Origin: Ophelia neglecta
Lineage: Eukaryota
Direction: 5' to 3'
NCBI GenBank assembly: GCA_965285935.1
Contig: OZ260665.1
Span: 20,708,001-20,772,000 of the forward strand
Length of the DNA stretch: 64,000 nucleotides
Shown piece by piece: positions 50,366 to 64,000 of the stretch. The position numbers and the translations under genes are program-made. Position 1 is the first letter of the stretch; every line of letters begins with the position of its first letter. Under the pieces are notes generated by a model. That model had not been told where the DNA came from. It did not search any database and saw only the letters and a program-made list of their open reading frames with translations.

Positions 50366-53300
50366 TTACAGAACTGTTGTTAGACTATAGTAGTTCTCGT
50401 CTGCAACAGGCGAATTATCGCAATACCCATCGCCATTATTATTTTCTTCGGTTTGAATATCATTCTCTATAATGGCCGACGCTTCATGCTCGGAGCTTCC
50501 GGTCATGCGCGGTCGACGAGGGGCAAATATTGTCAAGTCGTTTAACTTCAAGAAGCGGATGTATCCGACCCGAAAATGCCGATTAGTGAGACCGTAAAGT
50601 AGGAAATTTAAGCTTGAATTTGTGTGAGCCAGTAGCAAAGTGCCGATGTGAACTTCCAATGGCCAAGTATCATACCTGTCTCCTGCCACCACAATCGCGT
50701 ATGGAGTCCAGCAGATGGCAAATACCACAAAGATGGTAAACAGCGTACGAGCCAAACGCATTGACTCATTGATCCGCCTGCTGGTAGAATTGTCGTCTGC
50801 TTGCCTAACTCGACGATGGCTTGCCTTTACATACATAAATATCTTAAAGTAGCAAGTGGCGATTAAGAGCACAGGAAAGCCTACCCCTACAATTGAAAAG
50901 AACAAACTGTAGCTAAAATCAGCAGTCCTGTCCCAAATACAGCTTTGTGTCTTCCGGTCGTACACGTGATCGCCCCAGCCAATGAAATTTGGCACCTCGA
51001 GAAGAAAGCTTAGCGTCCATAGCCCTAGGCACATCAAAATCGTGTTTCTTGTAGTGTATATTTGTCGGTATGAGCCGTGGTGACATATGTGAACATAGCG
51101 GTTGAAACTAATAGCACCTATACTAAGTAGAGAACAAAAGCAGCTAGTAAGACACACACTGGCGATGACCTCACAGAGGATGAAACGGTCACGGAACCAA
51201 ACCTCGCCCCAGAACACTCCTGTAAGCAGAGAAACATATATACCATTTCAAAGAACAAATTATAAAATGTGTAGGACAATTATAACACAGTCCTAAGTGA
51301 GGTTGGATTTGTGCTTATTGACAGTTATATGACTGGAGGTATTTGGTGCTGCACTTAACGGTTCTCAATGGGTTTGGATCAACGTAATGGAGTAAGATCT
51401 CATGATCAATATAATTCAACTGATGTTAACTTAAGCGCATCGGTGAAACTGTTCGCTCTCCGAACATCACACATGCACCTGCAATTGTGTGGCTGTATAA
51501 AACAAGCCACGTGTCGCTTTACCATGCATGAGTGGATTTGATCCATCAAAACAACGGCAGTATTTTTTATCAAGTGTGTACAAGAATATGCGAATCATGT
51601 TGCTTATGTGAATTGAAGAAGAAAACTAACATTTATTCTTACTAGATAGACGCCTTATCGACAAATAATGTTTTATTAGGATAAAGCAAGCGGGTAAGGC
51701 CACCAGCCCTAGTTTTGATTTATCATGCGGGTGTGTTAACGCTCTGCTAATAGCCAGAATACAATGAAAGTTCAAAGAAAGTCATCGCTGGTATTGAGAT
51801 GCTCTTCGCTACAAAAGGAATGTTTTTTACGATCTCAGAAATCTTCCATTTATATGTTAATAAACTAATAAACGCAGGTGTGTCTAAATCAAGGATTACC
51901 ACTAATACATTGTACTGTATTTGAGACTATGAAATTGCTTATACAATCTTTGTACAATATGGCTTTTCAATAAGACTTACCTATTATTCCGAAAGGATCG
52001 ACAAAGGCCGTGACGCAGATGTCAGCACAAGCCAGATTGACTATAAATATATTCCCCGTTGTCTTTAAGTTCTGTGAACGAACAAGATAAAATTCATAAC
52101 AACTGTCTGAGCTATTGCGTGAAAGTGTTATCGCATGCCATTTCTTCTAATTATTATGAATAATGTAACATTGATTTATCTGTTACTATGATTAACATTG
52201 GTCCTGATTGAAACACATCACATATAAACCTAGTGAATAAGCGTGACGTACTTTAGGCTCATCGGGGCACGGCCGCCAAAATGATAAAAGCTGATAAGCT
52301 GTTTAAAATATTTATAAACAATTGTGTGTTTTATCTTTGTGCAAAATGGTTCAATATCAAAGGAACAAAAAGCAATTCCTGGTTTGGTCGCATTGGCAAG
52401 ATACATGTAACACCCGAACATAGCTACTTATATCGTTCCACAATATAGAAAAGAGCAATGATGTGAGGGCAACTGTGAAACTACTGAGCAGACAGAGCAT
52501 TATAATTATTATATTCCTGTTATAATCTATAAGCTTGGGAAAATAAGCGCATGCGCTTCTCCCTATTGTCATCCTATTTACATCAAATCATATTTATAAT
52601 ACTGTATCATATAATGCTGTATTATATGAGATGGACAATAAACAGTTATTCAATTCAATTCAATTCAGCACTAGGTTTATTCATATACATTGTGCCTATG
52701 TAGAAAACTAATGACAAGATTAAATTTTGTGGAAGGAGTATCCAGAAACTAAGGGAATTGCACGGTCAAAGGCAATCTCGGGAGAAAGGATTTAGGTCAT
52801 TTAAGTCTATTAAAAACAAAAATAGACTTCAAGTTTTCAAGTTCAGTCTTATTTAATACCAAGTGCCACATGGACGATCGAGGGCGTAACAAAAAATCAC
52901 AGATTTTTCAAGAATTCGGTCCAATTTAGGCGCTTTGTAGGGCCCTTGAAATTGCCTAAATAATCTGAAAAGAGATTTCAAAACATTTCCCCCCCAAATG
53001 GAACTCCGATCCACCAGGGGAGAAGAACTTTATAAATGAATCTTTTTTCACCACCCTACCGCCCATAGCCATGCTTCTGTGGAACTGGTGCTCTATGGAC
53101 TTTGACGTAGCGTTATGGATTTCCTTCAAAATAGCAATGCGTATTGAAAACATGGTAAAATGATATATTCGCTTATTGTATGAGATCACGAAAGAAAAGG
53201 AGTCAACATAAAGAATTTCAATGCTTCCTTTTGTTTTAAAAGAGCAAACTAGAAATAACAATGCATTTATGTATCAAGGAGGGAAAAATGAAATGTTTTT

Positions 53301-54131
53301 GGCTGGATAATTTATGCAGTAGATATAAGAAACATTGATAAAGAATTGAATAAAAAAAATGGAACCAAAATGATCTTTGTTTCGTTTGGAAAGATTAACA
53401 TTTCTACTTTGAGCGTATATCTCTCATAACTGGGAATAAATATTCGGTTAGGAGTTGTTTATCAAATTTTTCATTTTATCGAATAAATGCTGCAAGAAAT
53501 GCAACCAACTGCTTTAGGATATACAGGAAATTTCTGGGCATATCATACGTCTAAAATAAGGTATCGTACTATATTGCGAACTCCAATTGGAATAGAAACC
53601 CAATTCCTTTCCTATAATTAATCAACAGAAAAGAGTATAATTTTACAATGACTAGTTGTAGATCGAACATTTTGTCGTCAATGTTGGCCTCGCAGAATAT
53701 TGTTTTCGGATAGCATTGTATGGTTCAATTAGCATCTGTTGTTCTAAATCAAATATACCATTGAGCGCTACATTGTAAGGAAACATAATAGATGGTTTGA
53801 TATGTCTGTGCTAGCTGTTTTTGAAAAATGAAATCATTATTTCTTTTGTTACAAACACATGCTTTATTTTCTCAACATCCTGATCAATGAATTATTCGCT
53901 CAAATTTCGAATGTCATTGTAATGATGAGCGTAGCCATTAATCTGAATAACGCTAAAAACTATTACCTTATTGATGCAGACAGCGCCTATAATCAGGACG
54001 TTTCCTAAAGTACCTATGACACATGCCATGGTTATAACCGACAAATAGGGAATGGCAATGTGTGGCTGGCGGTGGAGAAAATCCATCCGGCTTTCTGCTG
54101 ATGCGTTTTCAAATATGTAACGAAAGTCCAT
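50366..54131 (-). CDS. Class A GPCR, melatonin-receptor-like (copy C), 3 coding exons, 369 aa
   Basis: Exons 54131-53967, 52071-51981, 51219-50366, same structure as A and B. Motifs NLACAD, NRYVHICH, CWTPY, NSSLNFLLYG. Confidence 0.92.
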
Positions 54132-57100
54132 GGTTATGACGGTTTTTGAAAGATAAGAATTAAGCAGACAACAAGCAGACTACATCAGTTCATATTCGGT
54201 TAAAGGCTACACGGATTGGGCATCCAACAATGACTTTTCATTCCTTCATTCCTTTGTAGCCTCAAATTGCCATGGTTTTTCTATTAAACTTCTCTATGCG
54301 ATAAACGTTGTTTAGCACTCCTACCCAAACCAATGCACAACCATTGACAATAAAAACGCCTTCCTTGCGGGAAAAATAAAGCGTTAAGTAATCTGCACCG
54401 AATAATCCAATACAAGTGTGCTCCGCAGTAAAAGTACTTTCTATAATCAACCAGATGATGGGAACTGCATTAATAGTTTCGAAATAGCAAATAAGTGACC
54501 TTGATTTGATTGGTGTATCAAAATACTGTAACATGAGATATTCGGTCAATTTCCAGGGGATTGCATCTCTGCTTTCAGCTACTGGGCACATGTCATTTTC
54601 CAAGGAGAGTTCCGAAAACTGTCACTGCTCACCTTCCCATGGCTAATATGTAGGATATTCCTATTACTGATAGGCGTTTAGGCACCCTCATTTCTTCACA
54701 AACGTATTACTGATAGTCAACTTATATTGATATCATACATATGAACTTCGGCACCAAACTGAGTCTTCGCGCGCACTCGTATGATATCTATTTGGGCAGA
54801 GCACCACCAGGCGAGAAGCGGTACGGCGCGTACCACAGAGTGACTGCTGATAGCTTCAATACAGCACACCGTAACGTATTTAATATCGATTGTTATATTA
54901 TTCTGTAGACTTGCTTAATATTATTTTCTTTAAATAGACACAGCAAGTGAGCGTGTGATGTTACTTAGAGTAGATTTGTTGAATTGGTTATAAACAACAG
55001 ATCTACATCATAAATAACAATGTATAAGTTAGCAAGGGTAACATTGTTCAAAGTTGCTAATAACTCTCATTTCAGTTTTACACATTTCCGTATTTTTACA
55101 TTAGGCATGGTACAAGAAGGCATGTTTGAGATCCGTACAGCGGTTTTGTCTTAACTCGCCTGTTTTTTGCCCTTTCTTTAAGCGATATTAAGATTGTGTT
55201 ATATAGCCATTTTCGTTAACGTCAGGGGGTATGTATCGTTTAACTCTTTCAAAACTACAGCCCTCTACTGTCAAGGCACATATTCTGTATGTCATTTAAT
55301 ATTGCCATCTTAGCAGTAAATATTATTATAAAAAGCGCTTTGGTTATAAATAGTTGCAGACGCCGTAATTTGAACAGTTATGATGCATTCAACGTACAGG
55401 GGGCATTAAGCAATTTATCTCCATCTGGTTACACCTTATGAACGTTTTTTCCCAGACAAAGGTTAATATTAGAGAAGGATATCATTCAAGTAGGTTAAGC
55501 CTATTACAGACAAAACTTCTTCCTGGTGGCGTCGTTATTGACCCCATGAATTTAAAACAAGTGAATTGAACAACATTAAAACAAGGTCTTTTAAGCAAGA
55601 TGAATTGCTTTCAATATTATCTGTCCCGGCAAGCATGCGTTCCTAACCAAACATAATCCTTTTAGTGTTTAATACTCTAAACCTTCCGAACATGTTTCTA
55701 ATAACATCGAAGACCTACCATTTTTCGTAAGCCAATTCCTACAGCACATTTGACGATCCAGTTGATAAAGGCAAGCAAACATATCAAAATGAAGCCGGCA
55801 AAACGAAATATTAAGGCTTTTAGCGAAGCCTTAAAATTAAGCTCATCAGAAAATACCAGTAAAACACGTTGGAACAGTCAGTCCCCCGGGCTTAAGTTTT
55901 ATACTGATTTACAACACGCTCCATTAGTGTCGAGCTCTAAGGTAAACCACAGAGACTATGTTAGTTTGGATGTTAGTGGGATTTGGTTTCTTGCGAATAT
56001 AGGGATGGCACTAACCGATAAATATTTCACAGCTAAGTGCCTTTTTTTGTAACATGTTATCAACAATTTGATATTCAATTTAGGAAAATCGAAACATTCT
56101 CTATAGTCATAAAATCGAGTGTTAAATCCTCGAGTAAAATATATCCGAATAAGAAAAATAATATGGACTCTTATTGGTATATTTTATTTCTAAACATGAT
56201 CAATAAATGTAATGTGAAATAGGTGTTTCTAATCGAAAACAAATAATCTATACGCCCAAATCCTGACAAAAATGTGCTGGTAACTTGCCACCACTCAGCA
56301 AAATAAGCAGACATTTAAATGGATACTCATCAGCGACCTAAGTAGTACAGTTAATTCCCAAAGGACTCACCATAAAACGCCTTACCAATTAACCAGAACC
56401 ACATAAGTGGTAACCCCTACTGCGTTTTTATGTGCGTGTATTATATGTGTGTGTGTGGAAAGAAATATCTTATGGATGTTGAGACAGGTCTTTTTTCTAT
56501 CCACGAAGGAGGGATATTTAATGTACCAAGAACTACAGTACACTATTCTTCCCGAATCCTGTAATAAGCCATAAAACAGTTCTGAGAGATTTGAGATAGA
56601 AACCGATGTCTCCAAAGTGTGGGTTTCTTTTCCTCTACAGAGAAGGGCCGTCCAACCAAAGTGGGAAAATCAAAGTGGGAAAATCAAATATCACTATGGC
56701 ATGATAACATCGAGCATATGAATGGGCTGAGATATGCTTTACCACCGAAGTACCTTTATTAATCGCATATCGACAATGCTCAAAATATATCTAGGGCTCT
56801 CTAGAATAATGGACCTACTCATAAAGAACACATCATTGTTCTTTTTGCCAAAGAATTTTGAGCGTTCTGACCTGAAAGTGTTTCTTTCGTCCATTGATTC
56901 GTAAAATCTGCACCATTTAAGACCTCTAGTGTTTGCCTAATAGCATTCTTTTTATACACATGGAAGGTGGATTTTATACGCAGTGTGAAAGATAAATGTG
57001 TACCCTGACATGAGGATGAAACATAGACTTGAAAGTAATGCATTCAGGAGCAAAAAACACTGATGATTCGGCTTTCCTATGTATATCAAGCTGATGCCCG

Positions 57101-57623
57101 TTGCCGTTGGCAATAAGCTAATGCGCGGTCATTTAACTGCTTCTAGTAACATAATAGTTCTTATATTGATTTCAGAGACGTCTTTCTCGCTTTTTAACCG
57201 CTAATGCATAACTGGCAGACAAAAACGAATTGAACATCGAAAAAGTTCATAAAAATAGTCAACTGTTTTGAGGACTTGGTCTAATTAACGGTTCCATCTG
57301 GCTCAAGAGAGTCAAAATACGAGAGTCTAAGTCTCTCATTTGGACTGAATTGAAGTTGTTTTTATATTTATTTGGTTTAACCCCAATGTACAATACCAAA
57401 GTGTAGGTAGCATGGATGGTGCTGTTGTAACAAGGGCAGGAATCCATATTTTGAGACAATTTTATCATAACCGCTATATTTGGCAAGAACATAGACCATC
57501 ATTTACACACCGAGAACATATTTCATCTTTGTCTTACTTTGACAACTAACTCGCTTGTCATGTGTTCTGACTGCATCACGGAAAACTGGTGACTACTACC
57601 ATTGATGGATATATAACCTATTA

Positions 57624-57750
57624 CAGTGAAACCTGTGAATTAAGACCACCCAAGGGACTGGAATATGCTGGTCTAATTTTGGAGGTGGTCTGTTTTACAT
57701 TGAAAGTATACAGCATGGTCTGATTATAGAGGTGGTCTTTACTGCAGGTA
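57624..57750. mobile_element. Internally deleted copy of the pogo-type MITE (opposite orientation)
   Basis: TA-CAGTGAAACCTGTGAATTAAGACCACC matches the reverse complement of the right end of 62186-62363. Confidence 0.7.
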
Positions 57751-59741
57751 TTTGTATTTGCACTGTTTTTGCATTTCAATATGATATATGGATGTATGTT
57801 GGGTTATGGCTGCTGGTTCCTGGTGATTCACACCTATTTCTCGACTTATGATTTGGCTTTGTCTGCCGGGTATCCTATCCTGTTTGTTTTAAATAAAGAT
57901 AGTAGTATAGCATAACAAGAAGTACCCCTGACTTCCATACGATACTTCAGATAAGGATCAATCAAATCAAATGATTAATGAGCTTTTAAGACAGACCACG
58001 GCATTAGTGATTTAGTTACACACCACAGTATCACACTTATAACAACCAAATAATATATGACTTAAGACATATAATTATTATTTTAATAAAGAAGGATTAG
58101 GGACCATGTTCTAACAAAATGGGAATATAATGATTTGATAATAGGTCCATAAGGATTTAGGTTACTGTGTTAAGTAACAGGTAATTCTGCTAAAGCTAAG
58201 ATGCTTTAGGCACTGAATAATGGAAAAAATGTTTTAAGGAGGCTGCGCGTCTGGCAGGATATCATTGACAATTCCGTCCTGGATAAGAAAAATAGCCTCT
58301 GATTGAGTTTCACTCCTCAGAAAATGGGAATTGATACTTAGCTCCAAGCAGGACTAATATAAGTTTAAATATGGCCGTCACCGACCAGTCTGATGTTATT
58401 TGCACACCACATCAATGCCTGAACATTGATGTCACATAAATATATTTAAAAACATCTTTTCACTACAGGGGCGCATTTCGCAATGCGACTACGAGATAGG
58501 GTGAGAGTGCCATATTCCTATCACGGTGATCGGTCCGGGCACTATCCAGGAGTTACCCAAACCCTATTTTATAAGTTTCCAGGAAATACATTGAATGGAT
58601 AATTTATGCTCAGCACGGCCCTAGGATTGTCCTTCCAGCTCCGGTTATAGGGGAAAGTAGTGGCTTGGATGACCAGAAATGCAATTACTTTTCCTTTTTA
58701 TTCTATATGCCACGTTATTAGTGATGATAAATGAGTTGGGATTTCGCTATCTGTGCTAAGGCTTCTGAAGGACCGTCACTGGAAATGGATATGTTATATT
58801 TATAAATGATCGACGTTATTGGGCGAACTTATATGAATTCATAAGTGGAAAATTTGAAATAACAAGAAATCCTAAATTACATAAAATAGTACCAATGGCA
58901 TCTTAATGTAATAGTTAATGCAGCAGGAACAATAGGAAATCAGATAATGAGGTTCTGGAAGTCGATACACACGAATACCACTGTTGTCATTGTGCATTGA
59001 CTGATGTAAAATCTGCTCAGATTCATCTACATAATCTGAAAGCAGTGTAGGGTGAAAACAAAGGAAAGTACACAAATGGATTTTGCTACCCTCTCGTGCA
59101 TTTCTTCAATTCTATCTAGAATGACGCTGGGCATATGTGATATTTTTAGATTACTTATGGGTATATTTATTTCAAACGTCTTTCTTAACGGCTATTTACA
59201 GGATGATAACAATATCATAGGTAGGAACTATTAAGATAAAAATAAGGAAAAAATGAAGCGATGTCCCTGATTAAAAAATTAGTATAGAGAACCTTACTTC
59301 ACCCAATGCATTGTAAAAGCAGGACAAATGACAAATAAACAGTATGCATTATTATTAATTAAACTGTTAACAATATATAATCATTCAGTAAAGGGCGGAA
59401 TTAATGCAATCATACACATGTCAGTGTTTAAAGCAGGTATATATATATATGCAAATACAATGGTGAAATGGTGAAGTAACATATTTTACTTAATGTGGCC
59501 GTTCTTTTCTGTAGTGATTTTTTCCAATATGGCGAACTGACAAATGGATCTAGGTCTGCCAAATATCTGCGACTATGCACACCAAAAACAAGCTTCCTGG
59601 ATTTTAGTCCAGCAAGTCCAACTGAGCTCAACATCCGTTATTTGACAGGACTAGAGGCAGCCCACATGTGTGCTGCTCATTTCATCTTTCACTTAGTGTA
59701 CACGTGATTTACATCACTGCAACAATGCACTCGGGCTGCCT

Positions 59742-59804
<63 letters not shown>

Positions 59805-59820
59805 GCATATGCATATACAT
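59742..59820. repeat. (TACATA)n hexanucleotide microsatellite
   Basis: Direct reading, ~13 units with minor variants. Confidence 0.95.
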
Positions 59821-61796
59821 TGAGTCCATGTGATTTAAGTCGACAGCTTTAATACCAAGCAACGGGACACGTATGTGAGCCGATTTCCGCTTTATTACTG
59901 TTAAGGTCGGTCTCAAGTGATCATTTTCAAGTGTGAAGCAGACAAAAGGACTCAAATGAAAATGTATGATTATCGACATACGAGCATGTAGTGACACGGT
60001 GCAATTGTGTTTCTAGTACACATTATTTTCCATCCGATAGGTATAGTTCTTTGGACATCTATTATTTATTTTTAACGACTTATTCTTCTTAAAGGCATAT
60101 ATGCTACTAGCAGTATTATCGGAATCAATGCCTTTTTCGGTCGAATGCTTTAATGACTGTGAATTTGCATTTTTAATTATAATATGAAATTCCGTCTGTC
60201 TTACGAAGTTTGTCAATTTAGGAATATTTTTCTCGTGTTCACTAAAGCGCTTAAGCGAAGCAAGTCTATGGTAATACTGGCTTATTTTAGGTTGCATTTC
60301 ACCTGAACTGTACCTTTCATAGTAAAACCCTGTGAGAAAAATAAGAATAGCCTCGCGGTTAATGAATCATTATAATAAATCAAATGTTGGGAAGGAATCG
60401 TCACAAATTCTCTGCATGTTTAACAGAATTGTTAGCTTAAAAGCTGTTGTTTGGGGTTTATACGTGGGTTTCAACACTTATCGGTCATATCGCCACAGTG
60501 CCTACGTGTGACAGTTGGCTCGATGATAATTGCTGATAACCAAGTCGGCAACTATCTGAAGTGGTATTACATCGGCGGTAGTAGCACACGTTTGGTTAAC
60601 GTCATTAAAATGTTCGTATTTCTGAAGACGTTACTACTGAATTGGACACGTACATACATCGCATGTTTTGTTAAATGTGCTGACAGGTTATGTTTATAAA
60701 ATTGCCAATTGGTAACCATATTTCGCTTATAGTAGGCATTCTGATTGAATAAACTTTGAGACGCAACACGCATGTGATCTCATTTTCATGCCATCTGTTG
60801 TGCCTTAGCCCCCCCCCCCCCCCCCCGCGCTTTACATATGAGCAGGCCCTCATGTCATGGATGCTAAGTTTCCCATGGACAGCCAGAAAAACATAACCTA
60901 AATTGTCTGTTGCATCTCGAAAATCATGCATGTGGTTCAAGGTCACTGAAATCACTGAATCTATTTACCACATTCTCTTATATCGTCAATATTTACCTAA
61001 GGAAGTGGTTACAAGTGGCATCTGGTGATCAACTAATAAATTCATACCGTTGTTTCATTTGACAACGTGGTTAAAACTTGTCCATGTTCCTCTCAAGTTA
61101 CATGCTTGTACTCAATCCTTTGGTTGCCAGATGTTTGTATTCTCAGACTTGTAATAATCGCTTATAACAAAGGTCGCGGCCTTGTATTCATTGCTGATTG
61201 CATAACGCCATCGCCTTTGTGTAAATCTGTTCAAGCACCATTTTGTAAACACAAGTCCCTAGCAAATATGTCGAGTTGTTTGCCTGTCTTACCATGATTG
61301 AACTATGTTATGGACATGAAGGGAAATACTCCATAGTAATGGAATAAGGAGCACATTTCGATTTTTGGTCAGGTGGACATGGCAGTAAATAAAAACGTGA
61401 TTCTGTACTTCAATGGCTAAGGTGTAATTCATATACTTTTATCTTTTAAATTGTCTTAACTAAGCACACGTGGTGCACTGGAAGCGACTGCTTCTCCACT
61501 TAATGGCAAAGAATCAACACACGATATAGTTTACCTTGATAAACGGTGCTGTATTGTAATGTTAACGAGCATGTACTCGACGTATGTAAACAAGCTGAAA
61601 ATAGTGTTCTCTGCCTTATCCAGTTGACAGATTATATTGAGTATACCGCCGTAGGGGTACCAATTTGCTAATCGTGCATTAAGCAACTCTTATGGAGAAC
61701 ACAACAAACAGTGTTTTGTAAACGTTATTGATAATCAATTATAGTTGTCTGTTTGGTGTGTTTTCTAACTTGGTTTTGTACTGATGACTATTGACT

Positions 61797-63250
61797 TAAA
61801 GCTAGGTTGTTCCGTGGGTCGAGGTGACGGAGCATTTTAAAAAGACACGCTTGAAAGGTTTGTCAGCCTGGGTATTTTCTGTCAGACTGGGTGATTTTTT
61901 TTCCATAATATCAATCGAGTCCGCAACAAATAAAACGTTATTTTTATTAAATAATAAGTAGCAACAAATTTGTTGTGTCCACTTATTGCTTTCTCAAGGC
62001 AAGCGAAGCATTTAACACTATCGGTATTGCATGGTCATATTGTGTATTCATGACATTTCAATAACAATTACAAATAATGGATAACTACCGAGAAAAAGTA
62101 ATGGAATATGAATTGGTAGTACCCACGTTAATACGATAGGTAAACCCGGATGTGGGAGAAGCAGATTCTCTAACCAATGTGTATACAGTGAAACCTGCCT
62201 AAAAGACCACCTCTATATTCAGACCACCTGCAAATTCAGACCACTGATATGAAGACCAAAGTGAACCCTTTCAATGTCAAATAATCTGTCTAAACAGATC
62301 GCCTCTGTAATCAGACCAGTATTTGCCAGTCCCTCAGGTGGTCTTAATTCACAGGTTTCACTGTGATCATTTTAAAGGGCTGCTGTATACGGTGGTAAAC
62401 CATTCTGTCTGCTGCCGCGCTGAGTGGAATGATTTGTCTAGTAAAGAACCTCACCTTTTAACATAATTGTAACAGCAGAATAGATTTTTTAATATGGTTT
62501 TCCCAGGGTGAAAAGCACTACAAGTACCTACAATAAATGTAGTTATTATTAGAACACATGTTATTCAGGGGATATGTTATTTAGAATGGGCGTGTTTGAC
62601 AGTCTTTAAATGCATTGGTCATATATCAAAAATTATCCACAGAGAGCTAACCTGAATATTGAGATGCATTAAAACATGTCCTAAAGGTGTTTGTGGCGAT
62701 TGATTAAGTCAATCCAGCAGGGATAAATGAAATGAGCAAAGATCTGCACTAAATCAACCGGGGATGCGTGGCAATTATCTGTCTCGCTACCTGTTGATCT
62801 AAGAAAAATATTCTATATAATAAGTAGGTCACTGTTCCAATATCATGTTCTATATTACCTACACTGTAGCTAACCACTCTCATTATTGGATGTTTTACCA
62901 AGCTAACTACTACCTGGGTGAACCGAAACTATTGCACTTCCTCAATATTCTCGCATTATCCTTAGTAATGATAATCGTCTGTTTAGTGCTTTCTCTAATT
63001 TGATCCCGTGCTGATCACTAAGTACTGAAAGCTAGATTGTTCCTTTGGTCAGGGTGACGGATCTCAAAATAGCATTTGAAACGCCACGTTTAAAAGGTGT
63101 GTCAGATGGGTGTTTTTCTGTCAGACTGGGTGTATTTTTACTGTCCAAAACAGCAGTGGGTTCGTAACAGATACTGCTAGGATTGAATGATCAGAAGCAA
63201 TAAATTTGCTTATTGTCCACTCAGCGCCTGAGCAAAACAAGCAAGCATAT
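61797..63250. repeat. Diverged direct repeat pair (~220 bp; 61797-62010 and 63027-63250)
   Basis: Shared blocks AAAGCTAG.TTGTTCC, GGTGACGGA, TTTTCTGTCAGACTGGGTG, AGCAA.AAATTTG, TGTCCACT and AAGC.AAGCAT in the same order. Confidence 0.75.
62186..62363. mobile_element. Tc1/mariner-pogo-type MITE (178 bp)
   Basis: 12-bp perfect TIR CAGTGAAACCTG/CAGGTTTCACTG, TA on the left flank, internal AGACCAC repeats. Confidence 0.85.
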
Positions 63251-63397
63251 AAGATAATCTGTATTTAAGTTAATATGTTTATTAAAACATTCAGCCCAGA
63301 GTGTAAACAACAAACTGGCTACACAGTGTTCAGACCCGCTTAAAAAACAAGACTACGAATGACTTAAAACGCAAATGTTCTGGAAGTGGGTTCCAAG

Positions 63398-63570
63398 CCC
63401 GGTGGTGGGGGTACTCGGGCCCAAAGTGGGTAGGTAGGCTCCCAGGAAGGTTCAAAATAGGGGGTCAAAAGTCCATGTCTGTCGTAAAAATGGGGGTCTA
63501 AATTATTTGTTTTTCGGAAAAGCAGGGGTCAAAGTCGATGTTTTTCAAAAGCATATGGGTCATATATACT
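63398..63570. mobile_element. One end of a CCCGG..GGGTACTC-type non-autonomous DNA transposon
   Basis: CCCGGTGGTGGGGGTACTC start followed by repeated AAAA..GGGGGTC motifs. Similar-style ends occur at ~8165-8356 and ~25780-25866 (- strand). Confidence 0.4.
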
Positions 63571-64000
63571 TTCTGTTCTGGCCTAACCAATCAGGTGCCT
63601 TGATAGAAAGGCATGTCGGTTTTGTCCTTGCTGGCACTCTTGGTAAACAAACAGCGGCTGCCTCCACGGGGCTGTTGGCCCCAGTAAATCTGGCAGCAGC
63701 AGCGCTCTGCACACACAGTGCTTGCATACCGCCTGCAGACATGTTGGACAATAACTCTCCTCAGGTGTTGTATCATTAAATATGATTGTTGAACATAAAC
63801 GTACTAATGATAACTTGCTCTGGTTGCGATATAGCCCTCCAGGTATCGACTGCGATGGTAATTCTCATGTCTGGTTCTTTTGCATTGCTTATATCCCCCC
63901 CGAAACGTCCACTCTGAACGAGAACAAAGGCCAGCTGTTTCAGGATTTGATCCATGACATTACCACTTTTGATATTAGCGTCGGCATAAAGATACCACAC

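Noticed and set aside
55750-59300. Possible decayed coding sequence in several short ORFs
   Set aside because: I could not recognise any motif or consistent exon chain.

Overview
This is AT-rich animal (invertebrate-type) nuclear DNA with spliceosomal GT-AG introns. I see no prokaryotic genes, CRISPR array, rRNA or tRNA. From left to right: (1) a non-LTR retrotransposon (APE endonuclease + RT) running off the left edge; (2) a complete 7-exon DHRS11-like short-chain dehydrogenase gene (- strand, 249 aa) whose last intron/exon boundary has been amplified into a 15 x 43-bp minisatellite; (3) a cluster of three intact 3-exon melatonin-receptor-like class A GPCRs (- strand) and one inverted exon-3 pseudogene; (4) a near-identical 9.4-kb tandem duplication (27270-36684 / 36685-45781); (5) several MITEs, a solo LTR and a 9-bp-TSD DNA transposon. 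By manual multi-frame reading, the duplicated unit looks almost entirely like a heavily decayed, apparently intronless minus-strand gene encoding kilobases of furin-like Cys-rich repeats followed by a multi-pass membrane region. I associate that architecture with ciliate/protist surface proteins rather than animal genes, so it is a candidate fossil horizontal transfer that needs a database test. Exon coordinates were worked out by hand from splice sites and reading frame. No searches were run.
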